Source of the DNA: the human T2T-CHM13v2.0 reference genome, Homo sapiens
NCBI RefSeq assembly: GCF_009914755.1
Contig: NC_060930.1
Length of the DNA: 64,000 bases
Strand: one strand, 5' to 3'
Shown here: piece by piece, positions 13,214-26,710 of the stretch
Numbering within the stretch: position 1 is the stretch's first letter
Layout: each line of letters begins with the position of its first letter
Notes under the pieces: generated by a model
Databases searched by the model: none
Seen by the model: only the letters and a program-made list of their open reading frames with translations
What the model was told of the DNA's origin: nothing
Translations under genes and position numbers: made by a program

Positions 13214-15474
13214 ATGTGAAAGAACACAAACCATAATTACATGTAAACTCAACATAGTGAATTGGGACATGTGTTACATATGTCTTTGTTCTCTGGCAGT
13301 GTAAAGATCACAAATACTAAAACAGGGATAGAAACTAAAAGATAAAGGAAAATCATGGGCACAATCTTATACCCACCTCTAAGTTAAAGTTACCCTACAC
13401 AGGTAAAGACTAGGTCTTCCTTTCTAGTGCAGTGTTGGGCACATAGCTTGGGCTAATAATTCTTGTTGATTATTGGCCAAAATCAGCACTTTTGATCTGA
13501 TGGAACCAAACTCCCTCAGGTACAGCCATAAGGGAAAATACAGGGGACAGGTGATGGGGTGCCTATTTTCAGGGGGTCTTTGAGTGGAGTTGCAATTCCT
13601 GGAGGGACTGGAAGGAGGAGAAGTGGTTACCTCTGGCCCATACATTCCTAGAGACTCAACTGGCCCAGCCCCACATGTTAGCTGAGGCTTCTCATTCTAA
13701 AGTTTTGCCCCTTTAGTTCCCAGAATAATCGATATGGCTGCTTTTGCATGTTTTTCTATTATCATTTAATGGTAAAACACCAAGTTTCTTATGATGAATT
13801 TAAGTGGCTAGCATAAAGCATTCTAGGCACAAGAATGAAAGCTACTTATACCGTGTTGATGATGGACACTTTGAAGAAGAGTGTACTAATCATGTGAAAA
13901 CTGTTTATCAGATGGAGTCCTGGGTACTTTTTTCTTCTAAGGGGGTGACAGGGTAGATTTGTTTCTGGGGGTGTGGTTTTGACTAGAATGTTTGAGCAAC
14001 GAAAAAACTGTAGTGTTAATAAGGAAATGTAGGTGCTTCAAATATAGCAACAATTAGGTAGGTCAGTGCAAACATTCTCTCCTCTCTTCTTCCAGCGTGT
14101 GTTTTTGGAGAAGATAAAGCGGTTGGCTATGCTTAGGAGCCTCAGCTAAAGACACTCCCTCCCATCTCCCTAGCCCAGGGGAAGCCTGGCGTCCTGTCCC
14201 TGGGCTAGGGCTGGCGCCGGGAGGCAAACGTCATGCCTTCTCTCAAGTAGATGGTCTGCTCATCTCTGAATCTCAGTCTCTCCCACACCAATGAATTCAG
14301 TGAACATGTTAGAATTCCCGTAAGGAGCAGCCCCTTCAGCCTTGTTATCAAGTGCTGTTTCCAAACTTCTGGGCCCCTCCCTTCTTGCTCTCTTTCCAAG
14401 AAGCAGTTTTCACTTGAGGATCCCACTTTATAAATGTTAGGCTGGCTTCTCTCATTGTTCCTTCATGGAGAGATCCATGAAAGGAGGATTAGGGCCATAT
14501 TTTATCTTCCTTGGCAGGGTTCATGTGTGAACTGTAGAATGATTCTCCCAGTGTATTACAAGGCAGGCATGGAGTTATCGTGCTTTTGGTCCCTCAAGAA
14601 GTTGCGCAGGAGTAAGTACAGTGCCCACACACTTTGCACAGAGTAGACAGTCAAGAAATATTTGTTAGATATATAAAAGCAATTCATGACCCTATTTTTG
14701 TTACTTCATTTTGCATTAACAATGTTTGGAGGTGATGAATGTTGGTTAAAAGATTCCATGTTTTATCAAACACCTTTCTTCGCCAACTTTTTATTGGCTG
14801 AAACTTGAGTCCACCAACTTGAGACAGGACAGTTGTTGAAGAATGTCCCTTTTTCCTATGCCCTCCCAGCATCCTCTACCATGCCTCCTCCCTCCTCACA
14901 GGGGGCGTCCCTTCTGTAGCTCTCCAAGGGCGGGACAGTATTGCCCCCACCAGCCTGCCACCATGACTGAGTTTGTGCTTCCATTTATACCTGTTCTGTG
15001 ACTAGCAGCCAAATCTTGCTAAAATGTAATATATCATTTGAGTTCTCTCTCCTGGGATAATACAGTTGCATTTAATAGTAGCCTTTAGGAGATCCTGTGC
15101 TTTAGTTTCCAGAAGTAGTTCACAGTAAGGATTTTGGGCATAGAAATTTAACAGCAACAGTAATTTACCTCTCCTTTAGGACTAAAAGCATCTTGGGGGC
15201 AGTCCCCTTTTTTACTTATCTTGTATCCCTGGAAATACTCACTCTGGTCAGTTATTAATAACATTTCATGAATAAATATTGAGATGACTAGCTAATGTAA
15301 TAAAATAATTTGAGAGATGATATACATGAATTAATATAACCCTGCCCATGTGACACATTTGCATCTTTGACAGTTCTTTTCAATGGCTTCAATCCCTTCG
15401 GTTGAGAGAGAAATTTTTCAATGGCGAGGACTCTGTGGGAAGTTCAGTATGGGGGTTTTTTCAATATGGGGGTT

Positions 15475-15982
15475 ATAGTAGCAGTCTCTAAGAAGGTTCT
15501 CAATGATACCCATGTCCTGATATTCATGACTTTGGGTAATCCCTTTTCCTTGAGTAATTTGCTTCTAATCAATAAAACACAGCAGTATTGATTAGGTTAC
15601 AACAGATTGTCACTTCCTTCCTGCTAATTCACTTCTGTGCTGGCTTTGATGAGGCAAATTGCCATGTTAGAAGGGTCCATATGGCAAGGATTGGAGAGCA
15701 GTTTTCAGCTAACAGCCAACAAGGAACTAAGGTCTTCAATCTGACCACTTATAAAAAATGGAATGCTGCTAACAACCTTGTGAGCTTGGAAGCAGATACT
15801 TTCCTGGTCAAACCTTTAGATAAGCCCTCACCCCTAGCAAGAGCACAGCCTTATGAGATCTTGGAGCAGAGGATCCAGCTGAACTTCCCACAGAGTCCTC
15901 GCCATTGAAGCTGTGAGATAATTGTATTGTTTGAAGCTGCTAAGTTTGTGGTGATTTATTACACAATAGAAGACTAATAACA
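15475..15982 (+). mobile_element. MaLR LTR (MLT1F/G-like)
   Basis: gctggctttgatgag...gccatgtt...gctgctaagtttgtggtgattt...aatagaagactaataaca hallmarks. Confidence 0.7.
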
Positions 15983-16809
15983 AGATCTCTTATCTCATTT
16001 GTCATCCAAGTTGCCCAGGCTTCCCAAATGACATTTTAAATAGAATTAGCTCTGGGGAAAATGACCAAAATTGAGTCGAATGATAGGCTGGGTCTTGAGA
16101 GAGTGGCACATTTCCATCTTGTCTCATTCCTCAACATGATCCTTCAAGGAAATTCATAGCATTGGCCAAACTGCCCAGTCTCTAGAATCCTAAAGAACTC
16201 TGATGGTGACTGAGCTACTGCCAAGAGAACCCTTTACCCTGTGCCCCCTGTCTAAGCCTACATTCATGTCTCCACAGAGGTCTGCTTTGGTCCTTAGAGA
16301 TGTCCTTCTCCCTGTCCTAGGGATTCTCTACATGAGCCTTATGTCTGAAGGAAATGGCAACAGTGGGTACCCCACCACCAGCTCCAGCAGTGGGTACCGA
16401 TCTTTGCTTCACCAATCATCTGAGAAGTTTGTTCAAATATCAGATTTGAGCCTTACCACTTAATTCAGAGGATCTAAAATAAGGACCATGAAAGATCATT
16501 TTTAATAAGTTGCCAGGGGTTGCTGATGGTGGTAGTGAAGTCCCAGGCTTTCACACACCCTGGTCCAGAGGTTTTCCCAAGAGCACCAAGTGTCTATATT
16601 TCAATGATCCGCAAACAGGATGTCATTGCATGCTTATGACATTGGAAAAGTCAGAAAAATTAACCTCTGTAGACCTCAATTGTATAAGTGCCATAAAAAT
16701 TGAGTAATCTTGATATTCTCTTTTAGTCCTGGAAGCTAAATAGGGAAAGGGATAGTTTACCAGTAAAAAGAGAATTCACAGACAGTCGTCAGACACCACT
16801 CAAAAGTTA

Positions 16810-17000
16810 TTTTATATTAACCCCTTTGGCCCTTACAACAATCCTATGAGGTGGGTGCCATAGTTAATTCTGCTTTACAAATGAGGAAACAGAGGCCCCG
16901 AAAGACCAAGTGACTTTTTCAAGGTCACACATGTGGTAATATACACAGGACTCAAATACCAGCAGGGTGGCTCTAGAGTCCATGCTTTTAGCTACAGTGC
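16810..17000 (+). mobile_element. MIR SINE
   Basis: tttacaaatgaggaaacagaggccc...aagtgact...aaggtcacac core. Confidence 0.75.
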
Positions 17001-17559
17001 TAGACCATCTCTACTTCAAACTATGAGTGTTCCTGAGTTTATAAAAAGTGGTATCAGTGTGGACTGCACTTATCTGGGAAGACGAGTTGTGATTGAGCTT
17101 TATTGTGGAGTAGAATTGTCATTGGCAAAAGGCATAAAGAGAAAGATACTATAAACAGAGGGAATACCAAAAGGAGGACATGGAAGGGAGCCTGAGTGTG
17201 ACACATGGGTCAAGTGATGAGGAGACTGGCTGGCCAGAGTGTGGTCCATCTGGTGAGCAGTGGAGGGTGGGGCTGCAGAGGGGAGTGGGCTATGAGGTGG
17301 CAGAGGAGTGGGGGCTTGAATGCCACGTAGAGGAATTGTTGACTATCCAATAGCCTTTTCCCCTTCCTCCTTGCTAAGAAGAACTCCAATATTCTTCTTG
17401 TCTCATGGTTGTTCAAGTTCAATTAGAGGCACTCTCTTCCCTTTTGCCAGTGATTGGCCTAGGGATGAGTATGTGACTCAATTCAGCCAGTGAGATATAA
17501 GTAGAGCCCTGCTAGAGGCCTCCAAAACAGATTTTTGTCCATAATAAAAAAAGAGAAAT

Positions 17560-17905
17560 TGTCATGTCTTGAATGTTTGACTCCAAAACTCATGTTGAAA
17601 TTTAATTGCCATTATAACAGTATTAAGAGGTAGGACCTGTAAAAGGTGATTAGGCCATGATGTCTCCATCCTCATGGGTGAGATTTGGTTTGTTATAAAA
17701 GGCAAGTTTAGCCCCCTCCTTTTTTTCTCTCTCTCTCACCCTCTTGCCTTTCGCTGTGAGATAATGCATCAAGAAGGCCCTGCAAGATGTTGGCCCCTTG
17801 ATCTTGGACTTGCCAGTTTACAGAATTATAAGAAATTAATTTCTACTCATTGTAAAGCACCCATTCACAGGTATTCTGTTATAGCAACAAAAATGGACTA
17901 AGACA
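17560..17905 (+). mobile_element. MST (MSTD-like) MaLR solo LTR
   Basis: TG...CA termini; ccaaaactcatgttgaaatttaattgcc...ggtattctgttatagcaacaaaaatggactaagaca. 5-bp TSD gaaat/gagat. Confidence 0.8.
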
Positions 17906-18053
17906 GAGATGCCTGAGGTAAAGCACTTCTGACCCCTGCCTTCCTTCTTGGGATGCTGTGGTGTGAAGACATGATGTGTAGGCCTTTGACAGCCATTTTG
18001 TAGCCATGAGGGGAAGGTCAGAGAATCATGGAAATGCTAACTCAAATACCTGA

Positions 18054-18425
<372 letters not shown>

Positions 18426-20059
18426 TGTTCTTGTTTTTATGTAAAATAATGTAATGCCTTTATCACCTGGGCCACTGGCAGTTGAGCATTCTGTTGCATG
18501 CAGCCACACACATCCTAACTAATAGAGAGTATCTTAGGAAGCCAGGATCTTTAGTGAAATAGTAATAATAAGAGTTATCAACAGGATTGTACTTCCACAC
18601 ATATTATTTCATCTAGTTAGAAATGAAAAAGCACCAGCTTTGGGGTTAGAGAGCATGGGTGTGAGTCCCAGCCCTGATCTGGAAGAAATCATCCTCTTGC
18701 ACCTTAGTTTCTTCATCTGTAAAATGCAAAATAATATCTCCCCCTTCAAGTTGTGAGAACCAGTGAAATAATATTTTATGGCGTCCAGCTCAGCATCCAG
18801 CACTAACTACGTCTAGAAGATAAGATACATTGACAATGATAATAATAGCAAATGATTATGAGTTATTACTGAACACCAGCCTCTGTATCAAGGACTTTAT
18901 GCATATTGTTTTATTTAATCCTCTTGGAAATGGGTATTATTAAAAACTTCATTTGAATTTACTGTTCTTAATCACCAGAGCCCCTTTGAGGAGGAGGCAG
19001 GGCAGTGCAATGATAGCAAGTCTCATTCTGTAATTGAGAAGGTGGTGCAGTGAGTGGAAGTGGTTCTGATGGCAGAACCAGGGTGTAGCTGGGGTCGCCT
19101 CAATCTAAATCCCAATTCAGAGCCATGACATGTTGGTGACTTGTCTCAGAATCTTGGTGGCTCAGTATCAAGGGTGACCATTTGGTTTTCACTGGCTTTG
19201 CTTGTTAATAAACATGGTAGCATCTGTGATAGTTACTAACAATATCTATCACCAAATATACTGAAGGAGGGGAAATTTAATGCTTTGCATGTCCCAGGAG
19301 AGATTTGTGGCTTCTACCTGATGTGCCCAGAGCATCTGTCCAAAGGTCATGATGGACCCAATTTAATTAGGTTGTTAGCCAGCTCCCCAGGGGTGGTAAC
19401 AAGAGGCCTTGTTAGGCGAAGTTTCCCCTCACTGAGGAGTTCTTTGCAGGGTGATGGACCAAATTGTTGGCAGTGGGAGGTCTGAAGAAAGATGTGGGGC
19501 TCTTCTTATGTGGAAAAAAATCCTTTGAGCAGGTACGTGTTCCTTTCCACTTCCCTGTGGAGACCACCCACATGTTTGTGTGCACTGGAATGGGGAGGGG
19601 AAGCGGCCATGTGTTTCTATTTAGGTGTGGGTTGCTCATTTGTGTAAGTGTCACTGCCTACGTTGTTTCAGCCCATGTGGCCTGTGGATTCTGAATGGTG
19701 GCTCTGACTCCTTTGGTCTGTTTTTGATCATGCAAGTTGAAAAAGAATCATGTAAGTTAGAGAAGGACCGAGTCATTAATGGACCTTCCTTTGTGTCCAG
19801 AGGGTCGAGTGAGTTTCTCAAATTCACACAGCTGGTTTGGTGGCAGAGCCAGAACCAGAACCTGGAGCAGAAGCACACCAAAGTAGAAAGAGCTAGGGGT
19901 GCCAAAGAGTGCCCAGGCCTGGATTCTGATTTCTTTAGAAAAGAGAGGGTCAGAGTTGTAACACTCCAAATGACAACAATCATCTGGGATAGGTCTCTCT
20001 CCCTCTCTCTATCCATCCGTCCATTTTCCATTCATCTGACATTTCTCTTTATACAAATG

Positions 20060-20280
20060 TTTTCATACATGTAAACAGATAAACATATACACATTAAGAT
20101 ACACGCAATACATGCTATATATTTCAGCCATTCGTCATCTATGTGCATATGTCCATATGTATACACATATATGCATAGATTATATTTAGAATATAAATAC
20201 AGGTACTTCACACATACTATCACCCTATTCATTCACACATATATTTCATATATTTATTCATCCATCTATCTATCTATTTG
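20060..20280 (+). repeat. AT-rich (TA/CA/TCTA) degenerate simple repeat
   Basis: Alternating atatac/atgc/tatc motifs. Confidence 0.7.
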
Positions 20281-22025
20281 TTTTCTTAACGCTAATAAGT
20301 TTTTAATGGGTGAAGGGGACCCTAAAAGTAGTTTCTAAGGATGCTTGTATGACTGGTATCCCTCCAAGATGTCTCAAGATTAGGATAGGTCCTTATTTGG
20401 AAAGTGATTGTCTGTGTGGTCCAGTCTGAGGGGGTTGTTTCCTGCCTTGCCATATTCACGTATGTGATGTTGGAGAAAAGAAGATCAGCTGGATGAGCTG
20501 ATTTGTGATGGGACTAACAATAGTTACAATTTATTGACTGCTTACTAGGTTTAGGAGTATACATAGCATTATTATTCGCATTATCTTGATTGGTCTTCAT
20601 TTCAGCCCACAAACCACATGCTACTGTTATATATCCATTGCACAGATGTTTGTGGCCCAAAGTCACACAGCCAGTAGGGGACAGAGTTGGTTTTTCCCTC
20701 ATGGTGCTCAGAGCTAGCCTGATGTTTGAACAGATTCCAAGTGTTCCCAGGCTGTCCTGAAGCCTGCTTCTTCCCTTCAGGTACGGGCTGTCCATGGTGG
20801 GAATGCTGCTGTGCTAGACCTGAAGGTCCTGGAGCTATATGGCAGGCATCCCTGTTACCATCAGAACTCATGTTTTGCCCATGCCCTTTTCCCCACACTC
20901 AGGAAGTTCCATGCAAAGGTAAAGTGTGTACTGACAGCAGTGGCATGATTTGAAAGCTGCTGGATGGCCCCCAGTCTTGAGTCCCTTCCCTGGAGTCTTG
21001 TTGATAGCTAAAATTTGAAGCATGGCTTTCGCTTTCAGTTTCCTTTGATTGCAGACCTTCCTTACGGAGAAGGTGCACCCGAAAATTCTTGAGGATTCAA
21101 CTTTTCTAATTTGTATCTGAAGCTTTCCCAGCTCCCAGAGTGGAAGACTAACAATATGAGAACATTTGGATCTCAGGGGTGAGGGACAAACTGAACTGAG
21201 GGGGGAAAGAGGGATAAACAGAGAAGCTGAGGGGCTAAAGTTGGACTTCAACCACAGTCTCATTGGGCCACATCAGCTCCACATGAATCTGAACTCCAAG
21301 ACGCTCAGCTTCCAATCTGGCTAGGGCCAAGGCAGAGCTCTCAGCCATCAACACCCAGGGAGAAGTCGCGTGAAGAGCAAGGGACCTGCTGTGTGGTGGG
21401 TGTTTGCAGAGGGCACCAGGGAGGCTGCCTGTGGGTGGCACAAGAAAGAGCCTGGCTCTGGTATTTCCATTCCTGCCTGATGAGGCCGAATGAGCTGGTC
21501 TTCCCAGGGAAATTGCAGCACAGCTCATTTGTGCATGTTTTACAATGGTGTTGATAAAATCCCCATGGAGCCCCAGAGCATGTGTGAGGAGTTCCCACCA
21601 GAAATCTAAACAACGCCCTGGCGTTGCTGACAGCTTAATAATGTGACAAAGTTCAGCTTGTTCAATGACAGGGACAGGAATGCAGCTGGGCTGGTCTGAC
21701 CCAGAGCTTTGAAAATATCCCCCCTTTACTCTGACCCAGCATTTGACAAATAACCTTTTCTTAGCCTCCTTGAAGGCACCAGACAGAACCAAGTGCCATG
21801 CAGGGGCCATATGCCACCGTTAAAATGTTAAATGGAGTGGCGAGGGCCACCAGAGTCACTTGGGGCTGACATTTATCTTTATTATTATTATTAATAATAA
21901 TGCATATATTGCTTTTTTGGTGCATTCCAGAGTTTTTTTGCACTCCTAAATCATGTGGCTGTACATCACCCAGCCCGATAAATCACCCAATGAACCCAAA
22001 TTCAATGCAGCTGTCAGGCCAGATC

Positions 22026-22387
22026 TGAGAGAGGCAGAGTTAGTTTAATTGAACTGCAGCAGGGAACCGACGGGCGTTGCCCAGAAAATCAGAATAATAG
22101 CAGTGTTGCCGGTGACATTTCAAGAGCTAGACATGAACTGCTAGCTTCAGCTTTAATTTTACTAGAGGGAATGGGGGGACGGGTGCAGGGAGAAATCCAG
22201 ACTTCAACAAATATTTAAACTCTTAGGTTTTTTTTTCTGCCTCAAAGCCAGTACAGACAATGAGTTCCACATTTAGAAATTTCAGTAGAAAGAATCCCAT
22301 TTTTTTCTTCTTTCTCTAGCTTCTCCCCATTTCTTCTGCTTGCTTCTTCCTCTACTCCATGCCCCCTTTTTTTCAACAAAAAGAAAG
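22026..22387 (-). other. CLIC5: Candidate distal alternative last exon of CLIC5
   Basis: Acceptor tcctgttgtttctttactttcag| at 22388. ATTAAA at 22044-22049 with a CA 17-18 nt downstream (22027-22026), and a second ATTAAA at 22152-22157. Joined to the 35-nt exon it is open to a TGA at 22282-22284. Confidence 0.5.
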
Positions 22388-24759
22388 CTGAAAGTAAAGA
22401 AACAACAGGATTTGAGTTGGAGCCAATTTAATGGGCCAAGAGGTTACATATGGAGCCAACAAATCATGCAAGCATGAAGGATATTACTGATTTCAAGTTA
22501 TGTATGTTAAAGCCCAAATCTTAACAGCATTCATAAAGGTAAAGGTAACTAATGGAGAGGCTTAACTGACAGAAAATGGGCTTTTCTCCCTGGCTGCCCT
22601 GCCTCCTTCTTAAAAATTGCAGTGCATCTCAGCTGAAGAAGGCCTTCCGGCGGCAGATTCTCCCCGTTAGGTGATGAGTGGGGAGGGCCTCAGCCTTACT
22701 AGCCAAGAAAGGACAAAGCTCAGCTGGGTTCTGTACCAATAGAAGGCTCCAGACACCATTGTTTGGTTTATTTTTGTTTGCATTAAGTGTGTCTCTTCAT
22801 ATGTTTTGGGGTTACCAGAAATACCTTTCCCTTTACCCCTTTAATTTTTAAAACTGTGTGTAATTTTAGGGAAATTTGATCCATGTGTTTCAGATTCATT
22901 TGCACTTAATCATGAAAATCTCTCTGGAAAGAGCTATTTTCTCTCCCAGAAGACTTTGGTGCCCTTTTAAATAAGCCCTGTAAGTGTCCTTCCACCCCAG
23001 GCTGCCCTCTTCAAGTGCAGAAGGTTGTGTTTGGCCAAAGGAAAACCAACCTGACCACCAAGGGCATGGGTCTGGTTTGAAATGTCGAACTCGTGAACTT
23101 GGACTGTATTCTGGAAATGGGGAAATGACTTCCCCTTAGCCCCAGTGTTTACATAGTCAGAGAAAGAAGACTTCCTTTAAAAAAAAAAAAAGTGATGTGA
23201 ATCAACTCTAGAGCATTATAGTTCCTTCCAACAAGCCAGGCAGGGCTCATTGGAAATGCCCCATGGCCATCCACAGGTGAGTGTTAGCCTCACAGGATCA
23301 AAATGCACACTTGCGACTTTTCTTTGAAGTTCCTGGAGAAAATGCTTTTACCAGAGACTCCCAATTACCAAAAACACCCTGGAACCATCTTGGATGGCTC
23401 CCAAGGGCCATGGAATGACTGTGTCCAGGATACACATCTCCCCACCCTTCATCCACAGCAACCCAATCACTGCATAGAAGCCACAATAGCATTCCTTCAA
23501 TCCAAAACAAACATGTCATTACCAATCTCAGATTAATTGATGTCATTTGTGTGCCCTGCCTGTTGGGTTTCAGCTGGAGGCTGCCCAATGGCAATGGCCA
23601 CCACCCTTGAAAACCTCAAGGCACTCACAACTGTGGCCCTTGGCAGAACTTCCTTAGCTGTTCTTCTTTAACCCTGTGACTCCAAGCCTTTCCTCCTTCC
23701 CACTCTTTTCCCACTCTGAGGCTTTGGACAATTTTGAAATGAGTTCCCAGTGGAATGAGAAGATCTGTGGAACTGAGTTTTGCTTTGAGTACATTTCTTT
23801 ACTGTAACTCATTAATAGTAAGATACGCATGTGTTTTTGTTTTATCACCCTTAAAATTAGAATGCTCCTTATAATTGATGATAAGAAATACTGTGGTGAG
23901 GTGATGGAAAACATTTTCCTCTTTAGTGATACAAAAATTAATGGTATATCTGTTCTAGTCTCTGAAGAGATGTGATTACTTTCCAAAATAATGTGGTAAA
24001 TGTTTAACTCCCTCATTCATTCATGTACTGTTCATTCTTCAGTCAGAGTATATCATTGACCACATGCCTGACTATGCACAGTGAGAAGACTAGAAGAGTA
24101 TTGAAAAGACCCCTCCCTTTTAGAAAGTTATAATTTAGCTCTAGACATAAGTGCATACATGACCAACCATGCAAAGTGCTAAATTAGTGGTGTGGCCAGA
24201 AAGTGGTGGAGCAGATCAAGATGGAGCCACAGAGTGGGATGGAGATTCCGAGCTGGTGGGCAGGCGGCCCCATTACCAGCTTGGCTCTGGGATTCAAGAA
24301 AGTAAATTCTTACCTGTAGAACAAAGGGCTTGTTTCAGATCAGTGTCTTACAACATATTCCACAGGAACGAGTTCCACAGTGGGGGTGGGGTGGAGCATT
24401 GAGAAACATTACCTGCCATTTGCCTTTTATCAGAGATTCCCACCACTTGTTAGCATACAATGGGTTCTGAGGTGAAGGGCTTGTTTAAATTTTATTTAAT
24501 TTAGTGTTTCCCAAATATATTTATTCCTGGAATCCTTCATTTTACTCACTAGCCATTCCGATAATAAACCTTAGGAAAACTCTAAAGTCTTTTCCAACTC
24601 TAACATTCTAGGAATTCGTTAGACAAGGTGGAAGTAGAGCATGGGAGGATGAAAGGCTAAGAGAAGGGCTTGAGCTGTGCTCACAGAGTGATGGGCTCCT
24701 GGCATGGGGAGGCAGTGTCATCACTGAGGAGAAAGGCTTTATCTATTGTTCAATCAAGG

Positions 24760-25200
24760 CACATTTACTAAGAACCTATAGTGTACTGTGCTGGTTGCTG
24801 GGCCCTCAGAAAAAAGCAAAACACTGCCCCTGACCTCAAGTGGCTTCTAATTATGGAGAAGACCAGGGTGTAAACAAATAGCCACAGTAAAGTGTGTACC
24901 TGGCCTGTCACACAGGTAGAAACACAGTGCCACAAGGGGACTAAACATGCCTGGAGGAAATCCATGGAGGCTTCTTGTAGGAAGAACCATCAGAACTTTG
25001 AAGCAGGGGTATAAATATATATGTGCCTGAAACAGAAGCAGAAGGAGAGCATTCTAGGCAGTGAGAGGAGCATGAATAAAGATAAAGAAGCATGAGACTG
25101 TTGAAGTAGCTTGTAGTGGCTGGCAGGCAAGATATATTGTGATGAAGAGAGGAAACTGAGGCTGACGAGTCAGGTTGGGACCAGACCATGAAGGGTTTAT
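24760..25200. mobile_element. L2 LINE fragment
   Basis: cacatttactaagaacctat...ctgcccctgacctcaag...gggaaggcattc-like motifs typical of the L2 3' end. Confidence 0.55.
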
Positions 25201-26168
25201 TTCAGCAAGTAACAACAATAATAAGAGATTTAATTATCTTCCATAATAAGGAGTCTGGAGGTACATAATGAGAGGGTCTGGGACTGGTTCAGAAGCTCAG
25301 TGATGCCTCCAGGGGCCTGGGCTCCTTCCATCCCTCTACTTGGCTATTCTTCAACATGTTGGCTTCCCATCCTCTGTTTGCTGCCTCACACTGAGAAGGC
25401 AGCCATAGAACTGGGCATACTTCTCATGGATGGTATGCCTTATCCTTAAGCATAGGCATCTAAAAGTGTCCCACAGGTAGGAGAAACCAGCCTTGTTTAC
25501 AGGTGTTTTTATAAGATGATTGGCAGGAATGTAGACACAAGAGTGGGAGAGGAGGAACCAGATGCAGGAGACAGTTTGGAGTTATTGAAATTGTCTAGGG
25601 AAAAAGTACTGCATGCTGACACCAGCATCCCTAGCAGGACTTGGAAGAAGGGGGCAGCGGAATATGTACTTTCCGCTGATCAGGAAAGACAATTCTCCTG
25701 GGCAGCCCCCGCAGCCTCGCCTCTCTCATTGGCTGGAACTGGGTCACATGGCCACCCTAGTGCAAGGAAGGCTGCGAAATGGAGTCTGTGGCAAAGGAGA
25801 ATGCAGCAGTAGCCATGAGACCCTCAGAATTCAGTCATGGAAGCTGGGCTGTGTCCTGAGTGAGAAATTAATCTATTTGGTGAAGCACTGAGATTGGGCA
25901 GTTACTGGTCATGGCAGGTAGACTACTTTTTCTATTACGTGTGGATACCGATGCCCAATAACTGAGGAAGACCATGTGGCCTCCCATGTGGGGAACTGGA
26001 TTAAAGGCTAAACAATGACAACAAAATTTTGGGGAGAGAGGGGATATTGGGGGTCTGGTACCCCCAACTCCTTCATCTGTCTGGAGGTTAATAATGATTT
26101 GTAACTGAACAAAATGTGGTAAACTGTCAAGAGTACATAACACTTGCTGTATGCTTCAGGAAATAGGT

Positions 26169-26234
26169 TTTTTTTTTTTTTTTCTTTTTTTTTTTTATTA
26201 TACTTTAAGTTTTAGGGTACATGTGCACATTGTG
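26169..26234 (-). mobile_element. Severely 5'-truncated young L1 (L1HS/L1PA2-type 3' tip plus poly(A))
   Basis: Minus strand CACAATGTGCACATGTACCCTAAAACTTAAAGTATAAT followed by an A-tail. Perfect TSD aggaaataggt at 26158-26168 and 26235-26245. Confidence 0.92.
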
Positions 26235-26368
26235 AGGAAATAGGTATTTTAAAAAATCACAACTTTTTCATCAAGGGCCAAAAAAAAAAAGACAATTCAG
26301 TTGAGAGATCTAATTGAGAGACTCCCCACCCTACCACCGCCCACTACCTAATCCAAAAATTACCCTCC

Positions 26369-26710
26369 TGCAATTGACTGAATGTTTATGTGCCCCAAAC
26401 TCATATGTTGAAATCCAAAGTCCAATGTGATGGTATTAGGAAGTGGGGCCTTTGAGAGGAGGAGCTCTCCTGAATGAGATTAGGACCCTTTCAAAAGCGA
26501 TCTCACAGAGCTCTCTCGCCCTGTTTCTACCATGTGTGGATACAATGAGAAGTCAGCCTTCCACTACCTGGAAGAGGTTATCACCGGAACCCAGCCATAC
26601 TGGCACCCTCATCTTGAACTTCCAGCTTCCAGAACTGTGAGAAATAAATTTCTATTGTTTATAAGCTGCCCAGTCGATGGTACCTTATTATAGCAGCCCA
26701 TACTAAATAC
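26369..26710 (+). mobile_element. MLT1A-type MaLR LTR
   Basis: gactgaatgtttatgtgcccc...catatgttgaaatcc...ttccagaactgtgagaaataaatttctattgtttataagc...tatagcagccc. Confidence 0.85.

Noticed and set aside
14896-14910. CTCF-like CAGGGGGCG motif
   Set aside because: The 5' half of the consensus matches poorly, so it cannot be supported without ChIP data.
21235-21810. 191-aa ORF on the minus strand
   Set aside because: No recognisable domain, composition typical of random sequence, and no supporting gene structure that I can see.
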